Counted from the stretch's first letter, positions 13,621 to 23,837 are shown. The stretch is 32,000 nucleotides of DNA from Candidatus Iainarchaeum sp. (GCA_028700115.1 JAQVTI010000002.1:49821-81820); one strand, 5' to 3'. Numbers and translations: made by a program. Notes: a model not told the origin generated them from the letters alone.

Positions 13621-13791
13621 TTTATTTTTTAATTTTTTTTTTGATTTTATATAAATATAAGAAAAAGAAGTATTTTTATATCTTTTCAAATAACATATTT
13701 ATGAGTAGAAATATTTAAATTCTTTTAGATTCATAATTTATTTATAATTTAAATTATTTTAACTTTTTTTATAAAAAGAGATTATATTTTA

Positions 13792-13867
13792 GGGAGTTTA
13801 GCTTAGTCTGGTTTTGAGCACTCGACTGATAATCGAGAGGTCGCAGGTTCGAATCCTGCAATTCCCA
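13792..13867 (+). tRNA. tRNA-Ile (anticodon GAU)
   Basis: GGGAGTT TA GCTT AGTCTGGTTTT GAGC A CTCGA CTGATAA TCGAG AGGTC GCAGG TTCGAAT CCTGC AATTCCC A. All four stems pair (two G:U). No encoded CCA. Confidence 0.9.
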
Positions 13868-13995
13868 TTTTATATTTTTTTAATTTAATTTTTAATATAC
13901 ATTATTTTTTTTAAAAAAACCTTTCTTTTATAAATTTAATTACTATTAATTATCTAATTAAATATTGTTAATAAAATATAAAATGTGAATAAAAT

Positions 13996-14193
13996 ATGAA
14001 TAATATAGTTTTTTGTAAGTCTAATGATTTTTTAGAATATATATCCTTAGATATGGATTATAATCCTTCAGATTATGATTATGATCAAGATCCAAAAAAT
14101 AATATAGATGATGATTCTTTAGATTCTTCAGATGAAGAAATAGAAGATGATTGGGATGATGATTCTTCTGATTATGATTCTGATTCTGAATAG
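13996..14193 (+). CDS. hypothetical extremely acidic small protein
   Basis: 65 aa, with a C-terminal two thirds that is almost only D/E/S/Y (DYDYDQD...DDDSLDSSDEEIEDDWDDDSSDYDSDSE). No SD and low complexity, so coding status is uncertain. Confidence 0.35.
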   Translation: MNNIVFCKSNDFLEYISLDMDYNPSDYDYDQDPKNNIDDDSLDSSDEEIEDDWDDDSSDYDSDSE

Positions 14194-14333
14194 TTTTTTT
14201 AATTTCTTTTTTTTTCTTTTTTTTATATCATAAGATATTTAAATAGTTTGTGACTATATTATATTATATAAAATTAAGTTTATTTTTATAAATTATTTTA
14301 TAAATAAAAAAAGGGGTTTTATGGTGATTTTTT

Positions 14334-14735
14334 ATGAGTGATATAGAAAATAAAGAACAAAATAATGAAATTATAGAGCAAGATTTATCTTTAGAAGATG
14401 AAGATGTTGAAGAAGATGATGATAAACTTCCTTTTCCAAATGCAAGAGTTGTAAGATTAATGAGAGAGAGTTTAGATTCTCATAAACAAATTAAATCTAT
14501 TGTTAAGAAAGAAATGAATATTTTTTTAGGAAGACTTGTTGAAACTATTTGTAAAAAAATGAATGAATTTGATTATTCTTATGTTGATTATGGTATGTTT
14601 AAACAAGCAACAGAAACTTTTGAAAATATACAAACAATAGAGCTTGAAAAAATTAGAATTATTAAAGCTTTAGAAAAAATAAAAGCAGATTGTGATGTTT
14701 TAGTAAATGATGTTGAAAGAAAATTCCATGAGTAA
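14334..14735 (+). CDS. histone-fold protein (archaeal histone / CBF-NF-Y family-like) with an acidic N-tail and a helical C-extension
   Basis: LPFPNARVVRLMRESLDSHKQIKSIVKKEMNIFLGRLVETICKKM matches the alpha1-L1-alpha2 pattern LP.a.v.Rimk......is.da...l.....f. GGTGAT SD is 6 nt upstream. The N-terminal 30 aa are E/D-rich. The canonical L2 R-K/T-T is not evident. Confidence 0.55.
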   Translation: MSDIENKEQNNEIIEQDLSLEDEDVEEDDDKLPFPNARVVRLMRESLDSHKQIKSIVKKEMNIFLGRLVETICKKMNEFDYSYVDYGMFKQATETFENIQTIELEKIRIIKALEKIKADCDVLVNDVERKFHE

Positions 14736-14907
14736 ATCTTGTGGTTTTTATTTTTTTATTTAAAATTTATTATATTTTTTTAATAAAGGTTAGTAAAATA
14801 ATTTTTTATAATAAAATAATTATTCCTACCAATTATATTCTTTTTTTAATATTTTAAATTTTTGTTTAATTTTAAAAAATATATAAAAATTAAAAAGGGT
14901 GATTTAT

Positions 14908-16521
14908 ATGAGTTCAGAAAATAGTCAAAATAATGTGATGCTTCCAGAAGGTTCTAGAAGAGATAAAGGAAAAGATGCACAAAAAATTAATATAATGGTT
15001 GCAAAAGCAGTATCTAATGCTGTAAAATCAACTTTAGGACCAAAAGGTATGGATAAAATGCTTGTAGATGAACTTGGTGATGTAACTGTTAGTAATGATG
15101 GGGCTACTATTTTAAAAGAAATGTCAATAGAACATCCTGTTGGAAAAATGCTTGTTGAACTTGCAAAAACTCAAGATTCAGAAGTTGGAGATGGAACAAC
15201 TAGTGCTGTTGTAATTGCTGGGGAGTTAATTTCTCGTGCAGAGTTTCTTTTAGATGAAAATATTCATCCATCTTTAATTATTAAAGGATATAAAATGGCT
15301 TCTGAGAAAGCATGTCAATATTTTTCAGAAATTTCTCAGCCAATAACTTTAGATGATAAAAATTTACTTTTAGATATTGCAAAAACATCAATGACTGGAA
15401 AAGCTTCAGATTATAGTTTTTATCTTTCTGAAATTGTAGTTGATTCTGTTTTAAAAATAAATTCAAAAAATAAATTAGAAAAAGAATCTATAAAAATTGA
15501 ACCAAAATTAGGAGCTTCTCTTTCTGATACCAAATTAATTGAAGGGCTTGTTTTAGATAAAGAAATTCTTCATCCAGAAATGGAAAAGTCTTTAAAAAAT
15601 GTTAAAGTTGTAGTGATTTCTTCTGCTTTGGAAATTAAAGAGCCCGAAACAGATACTAAAGTTCAAATAAATACTCCTGAACAATTACAATCTTTTATTG
15701 ATCAAGAAGAAAATATTTTAAAAGAAATGGTCTCAAAAATAAAAGAAAGCGGTGCGAAATTTGTATTTTGTCAAAAAGGAATTGATGATCTTGCAGAACA
15801 TTTTTTAGCAAAAGAAGGTATTTCTGCAATAAGGAGAGTTAAAGCAAGTGATATTGAAAGAATTTCAAAAGCATCAGGTGCTAGAATTATTTCTAGAATT
15901 AATGAATTATCTGAAAAAGATCTTGGATTTTTTGGGAATATTTCTGAAAAAAAGATTGCTGGGGATAATATGTTGTTTTTAGAAAATGCTAAAAATCCTG
16001 GTCAAGTTACTATTCTTTTAAGAGGAAGCTCAGAACATGTTCTTGCAGAAACAGAAAGAACAATTACAGATGCAATTGGTGCAGTTATTTCTTCTATAAA
16101 AACAGGGAAATATGTTTCTGGAGGAGGTTCTAGTGAAATAGAAGTTTCATTAAAAATAAGAAATTTTGCAAAAACTGTTGGTGGGAGAGAACAACTTGCA
16201 ATTGAAGCTTTTGCAGATGTTTTAGATGTTATTCCTAAAATATTAGCTGAAAGTGCTGGAATGGATGCTATTGATACTATTGTTTCTCTTAGAAGTTTAC
16301 ATCAAGATCCTAAAAATATGTTTTTTGGAGTAAATGTTTTAAAATCAGATATTAAAGATATGAAATCTGAAAATGTAATAGAACCATTAAATTTAAAGCT
16401 TCAAGTAATAAATTCTGCTTCAGAAGTAGTAGAAATGATTTTAAGAATTGATGATATTATTGCAGCTTCTTCAAAAAATAAATCTTTTAATCAAAATCAA
16501 ATGCCTTTTTCTGGCATGTGA
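14908..16521 (+). CDS. ths: thermosome subunit (group II chaperonin)
   Basis: [29 protein letters not shown] and the helical-protrusion region are present. ATG 14908 is preferred to the track's GTG 14899 because GGGTGAT lies 4 nt upstream. Confidence 0.95.
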   Translation: MSSENSQNNVMLPEGSRRDKGKDAQKINIMVAKAVSNAVKSTLGPKGMDKMLVDELGDVTVSNDGATILKEMSIEHPVGKMLVELAKTQDSEVGDGTTSAVVIAGELISRAEFLLDENIHPSLIIKGYKMASEKACQYFSEISQPITLDDKNLLLDIAKTSMTGKASDYSFYLSEIVVDSVLKINSKNKLEKESIKIEPKLGASLSDTKLIEGLVLDKEILHPEMEKSLKNVKVVVISSALEIKEPETDTKVQINTPEQLQSFIDQEENILKEMVSKIKESGAKFVFCQKGIDDLAEHFLAKEGISAIRRVKASDIERISKASGARIISRINELSEKDLGFFGNISEKKIAGDNMLFLENAKNPGQVTILLRGSSEHVLAETERTITDAIGAVISSIKTGKYVSGGGSSEIEVSLKIRNFAKTVGGREQLAIEAFADVLDVIPKILAESAGMDAIDTIVSLRSLHQDPKNMFFGVNVLKSDIKDMKSENVIEPLNLKLQVINSASEVVEMILRIDDIIAASSKNKSFNQNQMPFSGM

Positions 16522-16655
16522 TTTTTTTTCTTTTTTTAAATTTTTTATCTTTTTTGCATATTTTTAATAAAACAAATAAATAAATATGTTTTCTTTATTA
16601 TATTTAATATATATTTATTACTTTTTAAAGTAATATTATAATTTGTGAAAAAAAT

Positions 16656-17003
16656 ATGAAATTAGAAGAAATAAAACCTTATCAAAAAAAAATAAGTTTT
16701 CTTGCAAAAGTTATTTCTAAAACTCCAGAAAGAAAAGTAGTTTCTAGATTAGATGATGTTGAACATAAAGTTTGTGAAGTTTTATTAGGTGATGATACAG
16801 GTATAGTTTATTTAACTTTGTGGGATGATTCTATTAATCTTTTAGAAATTGGAAAAGTTTATTCTTTTAAAAATTTATATTCTTCTGAATTTAAAAAATC
16901 TTTAAGATTAAATCTTGGAAGATTTGGAGAATTTGATATTTTTAATGAGGATGTAGTTGTAGATTTAGATAAAAAACTTTCAAGTGATATAGTAATAGAT
17001 TAA
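16656..17003 (+). CDS. single-OB-fold ssDNA-binding protein (NABP/SOSS-B / crenarchaeal SSB type)
   Basis: It aligns by eye along its whole length with the SSB1/NABP pattern IKP...., ...V.D.TG.I.L.LWDD.......G.......Y...FK..L.L..GR.GE. Confidence 0.7.
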   Translation: MKLEEIKPYQKKISFLAKVISKTPERKVVSRLDDVEHKVCEVLLGDDTGIVYLTLWDDSINLLEIGKVYSFKNLYSSEFKKSLRLNLGRFGEFDIFNEDVVVDLDKKLSSDIVID

Positions 17004-17133
17004 TATTTTTAAAATATTTTAGAAAACTTATAATTTGTAAAAAAACAAATGTATTTATAAATATTTTATAACTATATATTTCTATATATATCTTTTAAAA
17101 AATATGCCTTTTTTTAACATTTTTTAAAAATAA

Positions 17134-17209
17134 GGGAGTGTAGCTTAGTCTGGTTTAGAGCATTGGTCTTATACACCAAAGGTCGCAGGTTCGAATCCTG
17201 CTACTCCCA
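17134..17209 (+). tRNA. tRNA-Ile (anticodon UAU)
   Basis: GGGAGTG TA GCTT AGTCTGGTTTA GAGC A TTGGT CTTATAC ACCAA AGGTC GCAGG TTCGAAT CCTGC TACTCCC A. The anticodon loop CT-TAT-AC gives UAU. The D-arm, variable loop and T-arm are identical to the Ile-GAU gene at 13792. Confidence 0.85.
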
Positions 17210-17266
17210 CTAGTTTTTTAAATATTTTTATTTATTCTATATTTAAATATTATAGGTATTTTTAAA

Positions 17267-18676
17267 ATGGTAGATATAAATTCTAAAAATAAAATATTTT
17301 TTTGGATATTTGGTATTATTTTTTCATTAATTATTTTTATATCTATTAATATTTTTCCAAAATTAAATTATATTAAAAATAATATTGTTTTAACTCTTTT
17401 TATTATTTTAATAATTTTAATATTATTTTTTATAATAGGTTTATTTTCTTCAAAATTACCAACTTTTTTTTATAGTTTTTTGTTTAAAAAATCAACTGAT
17501 TTTGAAAATATAAAAGATGAAGTTAAAAAAATAGAAACCGAAAAAGATCTAAATGATCTTGTAAATAGATTAAAAGTTGTAATTAAAACTATAAGTTCTA
17601 ATAAATATTCTAAAAAGGCAGTAGATTCATTAATATCTGTAATTGGTCTTGATACTTATCAAGCTGAAAAAGTGTATCGAAATATATTTTTATTAAAAAG
17701 ATTAAAATTTTTATGTATTTTAATTGGATTTATTTTTTCTGTAGTGTTATATATTTTATTAAATAATCTGGATTTTTTTAATTTTATAAATCACAATTTT
17801 ATTTTAATATTTGGGATTTGTTTTGTTGTTTTTATTCTTTTCTTTTTAGAAGGTATTTTAATTACAAGACTTCCAGATTCTTTTTATCTTAGTTTAATTA
17901 ATATTAATAAGGATATATTAATTAATAATAGAAATAATATTAATTATAAAAATATTATTTTAAAAAAATTTGAAGATAAACAAAAACAAAATATTTTAGA
18001 AATTAAACATACTATTAAATATCTTTTAAAGCAAGGAATACATATTGATTGGATTAAAAAAATTTTAAAAAATTATGGGCTTCAAGATAAGATTATAGAT
18101 GTTTTTATAGATGAAGCAAAAAATGAAATTTTATCAGAAAATAATAACTTTATTAAAAAAGATATAAATATTTCAGATAAAATTAAATTTGCAACTTTGA
18201 AATTATCTCTTGCAAAAGTTCATGAAAATTTTGTAAATCTTAAAGATATTTATTCCAAAATTTCAGTTATTCAGAAAGATTTAGATTTAATTTCAAAAAA
18301 ACAAGAATCTTTAGAGAAAATTACTTCTTCAAATATTTCAAAAGATTTTAATGATTTTATTAAAAAAACAAATGAAATTAAAAAAGATGATTTAAAGAAT
18401 AGAATTCCTAAAATGAATATTAATTTTAAGGATAAATCCAAATATAAAGATTATGTAACTTTTTTATATAATCTAATACTCCCGCATGTTTCTAAATATT
18501 CTGAAAAAGAACTTATTTCTATTTTCTTATATGAAGGATATGACTATGAATTAATTGATGATGTTATTTTTAAATTTAAAAAAAATAAAATTGTTTTTGG
18601 GAAAGATAAATTATCTAAAAGTCCTAAGATTATAGATTTTTTAAATAATTTTTATGAAAAAGTTAAAAAAAAATAG
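17267..18676 (+). CDS. hypothetical membrane protein with internally duplicated architecture
   Basis: Two TM hairpins, each ending in a (K/R)LP..FY..L motif (SKLPTFFYSFL; TRLPDSFYLSL). Each is followed by Lys/Asn-rich helical regions containing short G-x-helix modules (KQGIHIDWIKKILKNYGLQDKIIDVFIDEA; YEGYDYELIDDVIFKF). Confidence 0.6.
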   Translation: MVDINSKNKIFFWIFGIIFSLIIFISINIFPKLNYIKNNIVLTLFIILIILILFFIIGLFSSKLPTFFYSFLFKKSTDFENIKDEVKKIETEKDLNDLVNRLKVVIKTISSNKYSKKAVDSLISVIGLDTYQAEKVYRNIFLLKRLKFLCILIGFIFSVVLYILLNNLDFFNFINHNFILIFGICFVVFILFFLEGILITRLPDSFYLSLININKDILINNRNNINYKNIILKKFEDKQKQNILEIKHTIKYLLKQGIHIDWIKKILKNYGLQDKIIDVFIDEAKNEILSENNNFIKKDINISDKIKFATLKLSLAKVHENFVNLKDIYSKISVIQKDLDLISKKQESLEKITSSNISKDFNDFIKKTNEIKKDDLKNRIPKMNINFKDKSKYKDYVTFLYNLILPHVSKYSEKELISIFLYEGYDYELIDDVIFKFKKNKIVFGKDKLSKSPKIIDFLNNFYEKVKKK

Positions 18677-18890
18677 TTTTTTTAAAGTAAATTTTTTTTT
18701 TAATTAATTTAATTTGTGATTTTTTTTTAAAAAAAAGACACATACATTATTAAATATATTTTATTATATATTATTATTAAATTTAAATTAATTTTAGTTT
18801 AAAATAATAATGTGAAATTTTTATATAATAATTTTAAAAATATTTTAATAAAATAATATAAATTTAGAAAGTTTATAATTTTGATAATAT

Positions 18891-20228
18891 ATGGTTGAAA
18901 CAAATATGATATTTCTTTTTATATCAGGAATATTTTTACTTGGTTTTTTTGGAACAATTATTTTTAGAAGAACAAAAGTTTCAGATATTTTTTTTTTATT
19001 AATAATTGGTTTTTTATTAGGTTCTGGTTTAAAAATAATACCAAGTGCAGAAATGACTATTTTAAGAAGTTTTTCTGATTTTTTTGGTGCTCTTGCATTA
19101 ACTATTTTAATGTTTGAAGGTGGGCTTCATTTAAATTTTTATAAAGTAATTAAAGAATTTGGGAAATCAGCTGGATTTACTATTTTAGTATTTTTTTTAA
19201 GTGTTTCTTTAACTGCTATTTTTTTACATTTTATTTTTTTAATGCCATGGGTCTATGGATTTTTAATAGGTTCTATTTTAGGGGGGGTTTCTTCTGCAGT
19301 TGTTATTCCTTTAGTAAAAGAATCTAAAGCAAAGGATAAAATTAAAATATTATTAACTTTAGAATCTGCAATTACAGATGCTTTGTGTGTAATTATAGTT
19401 ATTGCTTTAGTTCAAATTATTTTATCAAAAACAGCAAGTATTCAAGCAGTAACTTCAAGTATTTTTGCAGCTTTTGCAATTGCAACTGTTATTGGAGCTT
19501 TTGCTGGAATTATTTGGCTTAGAGTTTTAAGGGATTTTAAAGTTGCAAGAGAGTATGGTTATCTTTTAACTTTATCATTTTTATTTTTAGTATATGTAGT
19601 AATACAATTTGCAAATGGAAATGGTTCTTTTGGGGCATTAATTTTTGGTTTAGTTTTAGGAAATGGTTCTGAGATTTTAAAAATTTTTAAAATGAAAGAA
19701 TTTTCAATAGGTTCAAGTATAACTATGTTTCAAGCTGAAATTTCTTTATTTATTAAAACTTTTTTCTTTGTATATCTTGGGATAATTGTAGAATTTGTAG
19801 GTATTAATCTTAAAATTATTTTAATAGTTATTGGCCTTTTTATTATTGCACTTTTAGCAAGATTATTAGCAGTAAATATTGTATTTTCAAAAAAGAAAAA
19901 TCCTTCGGAAGATAGAGAATATGTTGCTTCTCTTCATGCAAGAGGATTAGCAGCTGCTGTTTTAGCAACTTATCCTTTAATTATGGGTATAAATAATGAA
20001 TTTACTCAAATAATTCTTCCAATTTCTTTTATGATTATTATATTAACTAATCTTTCTACAACTATTTTATTTTTTATAACTGAGCGAAAAGTAAATAAAA
20101 ATATAAAAATTAAAGATGATAATTCAAATTTTAAATATGAAAATAAAATAAACCCAGATATTGAAAAACAAGATTCTTTATCAATTCTTAAAAAAGAATT
20201 AATTAAGAATAAAAATGATAAAGAATAA
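18891..20228 (+). CDS. cation:proton antiporter (CPA1 / NhaP-type Na+/H+ exchanger)
   Basis: About 11-12 TM helices with family-typical segments LMFEGGLHLN, ESAITDALCVI and ARGLAAAVLA. Short hydrophilic C-tail. The start could also be ATG 18906. Confidence 0.75.
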   Translation: MVETNMIFLFISGIFLLGFFGTIIFRRTKVSDIFFLLIIGFLLGSGLKIIPSAEMTILRSFSDFFGALALTILMFEGGLHLNFYKVIKEFGKSAGFTILVFFLSVSLTAIFLHFIFLMPWVYGFLIGSILGGVSSAVVIPLVKESKAKDKIKILLTLESAITDALCVIIVIALVQIILSKTASIQAVTSSIFAAFAIATVIGAFAGIIWLRVLRDFKVAREYGYLLTLSFLFLVYVVIQFANGNGSFGALIFGLVLGNGSEILKIFKMKEFSIGSSITMFQAEISLFIKTFFFVYLGIIVEFVGINLKIILIVIGLFIIALLARLLAVNIVFSKKKNPSEDREYVASLHARGLAAAVLATYPLIMGINNEFTQIILPISFMIIILTNLSTTILFFITERKVNKNIKIKDDNSNFKYENKINPDIEKQDSLSILKKELIKNKNDKE

Positions 20229-20457
20229 TAGTTTTTTTTATTTTTATTTTTTTCATAAATATTTATAAACTCTTTTATAGTTATTATATATAATATGTTT
20301 AAAAATATTTTTAAAAATTTAAATTTATTTAATAAAAATTATTTCTTTGTAATCATAGTTCTAGTTTCTATAATTTTTATAATTATATAGATATTTGCTT
20401 TTCTTTAAAAATGTCTAATTTCAAAGAAAAGCTTTTAAAAAAGGAGATGACTTATAA

Positions 20458-23313
20458 ATGTTTTCAAATCAAGATGAAAAAAATATTAAACAATTTTGGA
20501 AAGAAAATAATATTCCTAAAAAAGTTAGAGAAAAAAAATCTGATAAAAAATATTATTTTATAGATGGTCCCCCATATGCTTCTGGAAGGATACATACAGG
20601 AACAGCAATGAATAGAATTTTAAAAGATATAATTATAAGATATAAAAGACAAAAAGGATTTGAAGTTTTAGATATTCCAGGATTTGATTGTCATGGAGTT
20701 CCAATTGAAATGAAAGTTCAAAAAAAATATTCTCTTAAATCAAAAGAAGATATAATTGATTTTGGTGTAGAAAATTTCATAAAAGAATGCTATGCATTTT
20801 CAACAGAACATATAAAAGATATGTCTCAAGATATAGAATATCTTGGGCAATGGATGGATTGGGAAAACCCTTATAGAACTTTAGATAAAAAATATATACA
20901 AGGTGCATGGTGGACTTTTAAAAAAGCAGTTGATAAAGGGTTATTATATCATGGTAAATATCCTGTTCATGTATGTTCTCATTGTGAGACTTCTGTTTCT
21001 TTTAATGAAATAGAATATCAAGATTTAAAAGATATTTCTATTTATGTAAAGATGCAATCTGAAGAAGATCCTAATAAATATTATGTGATTTGGACAACAA
21101 CTCCTTGGACTCTTCCAGCAAATTTAGCAATTATGGTTAATCCAAAATATGAATATATAGAAATTATAAATGGTTTAGAAAAATTAGTTGTTGCAAAAAA
21201 TCTTTCTGAAAAATTAGTTTCTGAATTTGGTTTAGAAAATATAAGTTTTGGGAAAACTTTTCTAGGTAAAGATTTACTTGGGAAAAAATATAAGCCTATT
21301 TTAGGAGAATGGATAAAGTTAGAGGAAAATCTTAAAGAAAATGCTTATAAAATAATTTCTTCTGAAAGATTTGTTCATCTTGAAGGTGGAACTGGGCTTG
21401 TTCATTGTGCTCCTGGACATGGTAGAGAAGATTTTCAAGTAGGGCAGGATAATAATATTTATCCATATTGTCCTGTTACAATTTCTGGGGAATATGATGA
21501 AACTATAATTAATGATTCTTTAAAAAATAAAAAAGTTAAAGAATTAGATCCTTATATTATTGAATATTTAGAAAATAAAAATTATATTTTAGCAAAAGCA
21601 AAAGTTAAACATAGTTATCCTACTTGTTGGAGATGTCATAGTCCATTAATACAAGTTGCTTTACCACAATGGTTTTTAAAAACTTCTGAAATGAGAGAAG
21701 AACTTTTAGAAAAAAGTAAAGAAATTTCTTGGTTTCCTACTTGGGGGAAAGATAGATTTAAAGATTGGTTAAATGGGCTTTCTGATTGGCCAATTTCAAG
21801 AGCTAGATTTTGGGGTATCCCTCTTCCTATTTGGAAATGTGATAAATGTGGGAAAATACATGTATTTGGGTCTTTAGAAGAGCTTTCTAAAAAAGCAACT
21901 AAACAAATAGATTTAGATATGGATGTTCATAAACCTTATATTGATCAAGTAGAAATTATTTGTGATTGTGGGGAAATTGTAAAAAGAATTCCAGAAATTA
22001 GTGATGTTTGGTTTGATTCTGGAGTTGCATCTTGGGCATCTTTAAACTATCCATCAGAAACAAAAAGATTTGATGAATTTTGGCCACCTGATGTTAATAT
22101 TGAAGGATCTGATCAAATTAGAGGCTGGTGGAATTCACAATTAATAACTTCTGTAATTTCATTTGGTAAAGTTCCTTTTAAACATATATCTATGCATGGT
22201 ATGGTTTTAGATGGTTCTAAAAGAAAACTTTCTAAATCTGAAGGAAATGATATTCCATTAATTGAAAGATTTGAAAAATTATCTATTGATTATTATAGAT
22301 ATTATTTTGCAAAAGCTTTTGATGGAGAAGACATTGTTTTAGATGAAAATAAATTTAAGGATATTAGAAGAATATTTAATCTTTTAGAAAATGTTTTTAA
22401 TTTTTTAGAAATTTTTTATAATAATTCTTTTAAATTTACAGAATCTCTTTTAAAAGAAGATATATGTTCTTTAACAATTGAAGATAAATGGATTCTTTCT
22501 AGATTTAATAATGTGTTTAAAGATTTTGATACTAATTTTGAAATAACTTATTTTTCTAAATCAGTTTGTGATTTAGAAAAATTTGTTTTGGAAGATTTTA
22601 GTAGAATTTATATAAAACTTTTAAGAAAGAGAGAAAATAAAAATAATGTTTTAATTTATATTTATTCTCAAATATTAAAATTATTTTCTCCAATAATCCC
22701 ACATTTTACAGAATTTATGTTTCAAAAGTTTAAAGAAAACAAAGAAGTTTCAATTCATCTTTTAAAAATAGACAATGTAGATCAGTCATTAATTTCTAGT
22801 GATATTGAAAAAAATTTTTCATTAGCACAAGAAGTAATTGTAACTATTTTAGCATTAAGAGAAGATGAAAAAAAGAGATTAAGATGGATTTTACCAAGGG
22901 TTTTTATTTGTGGTAATAATGCAACATTTTTGGATAATTATTTAGATATTATTAAAGATATGGCAAATATAGAAGAAATTTTAACTGTAAATAAAACTCC
23001 TATTGGAAATTTTTCTCAAAAAAAAATAAATAATGATCTTGTAGTTTATTTAGATAAAGATATTTCTAAAGATTATGAAAATATTTGGGAACTTTCAGAA
23101 CTTGTTAGGCTTATTCAATCTGAAAGAAAAAATAAAAAATTTAATCCAAATGATTGTGTTTCTTTAAAAATTTTTTGTAGTGATATATCTTTTTTAGAAA
23201 TAAATAAAGAAAAAATTGAAAATCTTACAAATTCAAAAATTGAAATTTTAAAAAATTTATTTGAAGAAAACAAGCAATGTTTAATAAAAAGAGAATTTTC
23301 TTTCTCTTTTTAA
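20458..23313 (+). CDS. ileS: isoleucyl-tRNA synthetase
   Basis: GPPYASGRIHTGTAMNRILKDIIIRYKRQKGF...PGFDCHGVPIE. CP1 editing motif WTTTPWTLPAN. Zn knuckle CWRCHSPL. WPISRARFWGIPLPIWKC. KMSKS as KLSKS. GGAGATGA SD upstream. At 951 aa it is shorter than most archaeal IleRS. Confidence 0.9.
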   Translation: MFSNQDEKNIKQFWKENNIPKKVREKKSDKKYYFIDGPPYASGRIHTGTAMNRILKDIIIRYKRQKGFEVLDIPGFDCHGVPIEMKVQKKYSLKSKEDIIDFGVENFIKECYAFSTEHIKDMSQDIEYLGQWMDWENPYRTLDKKYIQGAWWTFKKAVDKGLLYHGKYPVHVCSHCETSVSFNEIEYQDLKDISIYVKMQSEEDPNKYYVIWTTTPWTLPANLAIMVNPKYEYIEIINGLEKLVVAKNLSEKLVSEFGLENISFGKTFLGKDLLGKKYKPILGEWIKLEENLKENAYKIISSERFVHLEGGTGLVHCAPGHGREDFQVGQDNNIYPYCPVTISGEYDETIINDSLKNKKVKELDPYIIEYLENKNYILAKAKVKHSYPTCWRCHSPLIQVALPQWFLKTSEMREELLEKSKEISWFPTWGKDRFKDWLNGLSDWPISRARFWGIPLPIWKCDKCGKIHVFGSLEELSKKATKQIDLDMDVHKPYIDQVEIICDCGEIVKRIPEISDVWFDSGVASWASLNYPSETKRFDEFWPPDVNIEGSDQIRGWWNSQLITSVISFGKVPFKHISMHGMVLDGSKRKLSKSEGNDIPLIERFEKLSIDYYRYYFAKAFDGEDIVLDENKFKDIRRIFNLLENVFNFLEIFYNNSFKFTESLLKEDICSLTIEDKWILSRFNNVFKDFDTNFEITYFSKSVCDLEKFVLEDFSRIYIKLLRKRENKNNVLIYIYSQILKLFSPIIPHFTEFMFQKFKENKEVSIHLLKIDNVDQSLISSDIEKNFSLAQEVIVTILALREDEKKRLRWILPRVFICGNNATFLDNYLDIIKDMANIEEILTVNKTPIGNFSQKKINNDLVVYLDKDISKDYENIWELSELVRLIQSERKNKKFNPNDCVSLKIFCSDISFLEINKEKIENLTNSKIEILKNLFEENKQCLIKREFSFSF

Positions 23314-23415
23314 TTTTTTAATTTAGTTTAAGTAATGTTTATATATTATTTTAATATAAATATATATAATTAATTATTTTATAAATAAATAAAATATTTT
23401 TAAACAAAGAAAAAT

Positions 23416-23682
23416 ATGCCAAATATATCTAAAAGAACATATGTTCCTGGACTTACTAAATGTAGAAAATTTATTACTACAGAATATATTAATGCAAAAA
23501 AATTAGATTCAAAAAAATTAACAAATCTTTTAAATTCTAATATTGCAGTAAATCTTAAAGTTGATGTTTTAGAAGGTTTTTCAAATCATAATAATGTGTC
23601 TATTATAAAACTTTTAAATAATTTAGAAATAAATAAAAATTGTAAAAAAAATATTATTAATTTTCTAAAAAAAGAAATTTAA
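23416..23682 (+). CDS. hypothetical protein
   Basis: 88-codon ORF, Lys/Asn-rich, no motif recognised, no clear SD. Confidence 0.35.
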   Translation: MPNISKRTYVPGLTKCRKFITTEYINAKKLDSKKLTNLLNSNIAVNLKVDVLEGFSNHNNVSIIKLLNNLEINKNCKKNIINFLKKEI

Positions 23683-23837
23683 TTATTTTGAAGGTAATTT
23701 TGATTTTATAATTATTTTTAAAAATTTATATAAATAGCTTCCTTTTTATATATTTATATTTATTATTTATATATATTTAAAAAAATTAAACTAAAGAATT
23801 AAATAAAAGTTTATAACTAATAATTGGAAAGATTTTT

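Noticed and set aside
15281-15466. 61-aa minus-strand ORF inside the thermosome gene
   Set aside because: It is antisense to a highly conserved gene and has no supporting signal.
20295-20390. 31-codon ORF (MFKNIFKNLNLFNKNYFFVIIVLVSIIFIII*) upstream of ileS, and an out-of-frame ORF starting at 20411 that overlaps the ileS start
   Set aside because: Both are too short and too compositionally biased to distinguish from chance in AT-rich spacer. Neither has an SD. The ileS N-terminus at 20458 aligns well with the family and has its own SD.
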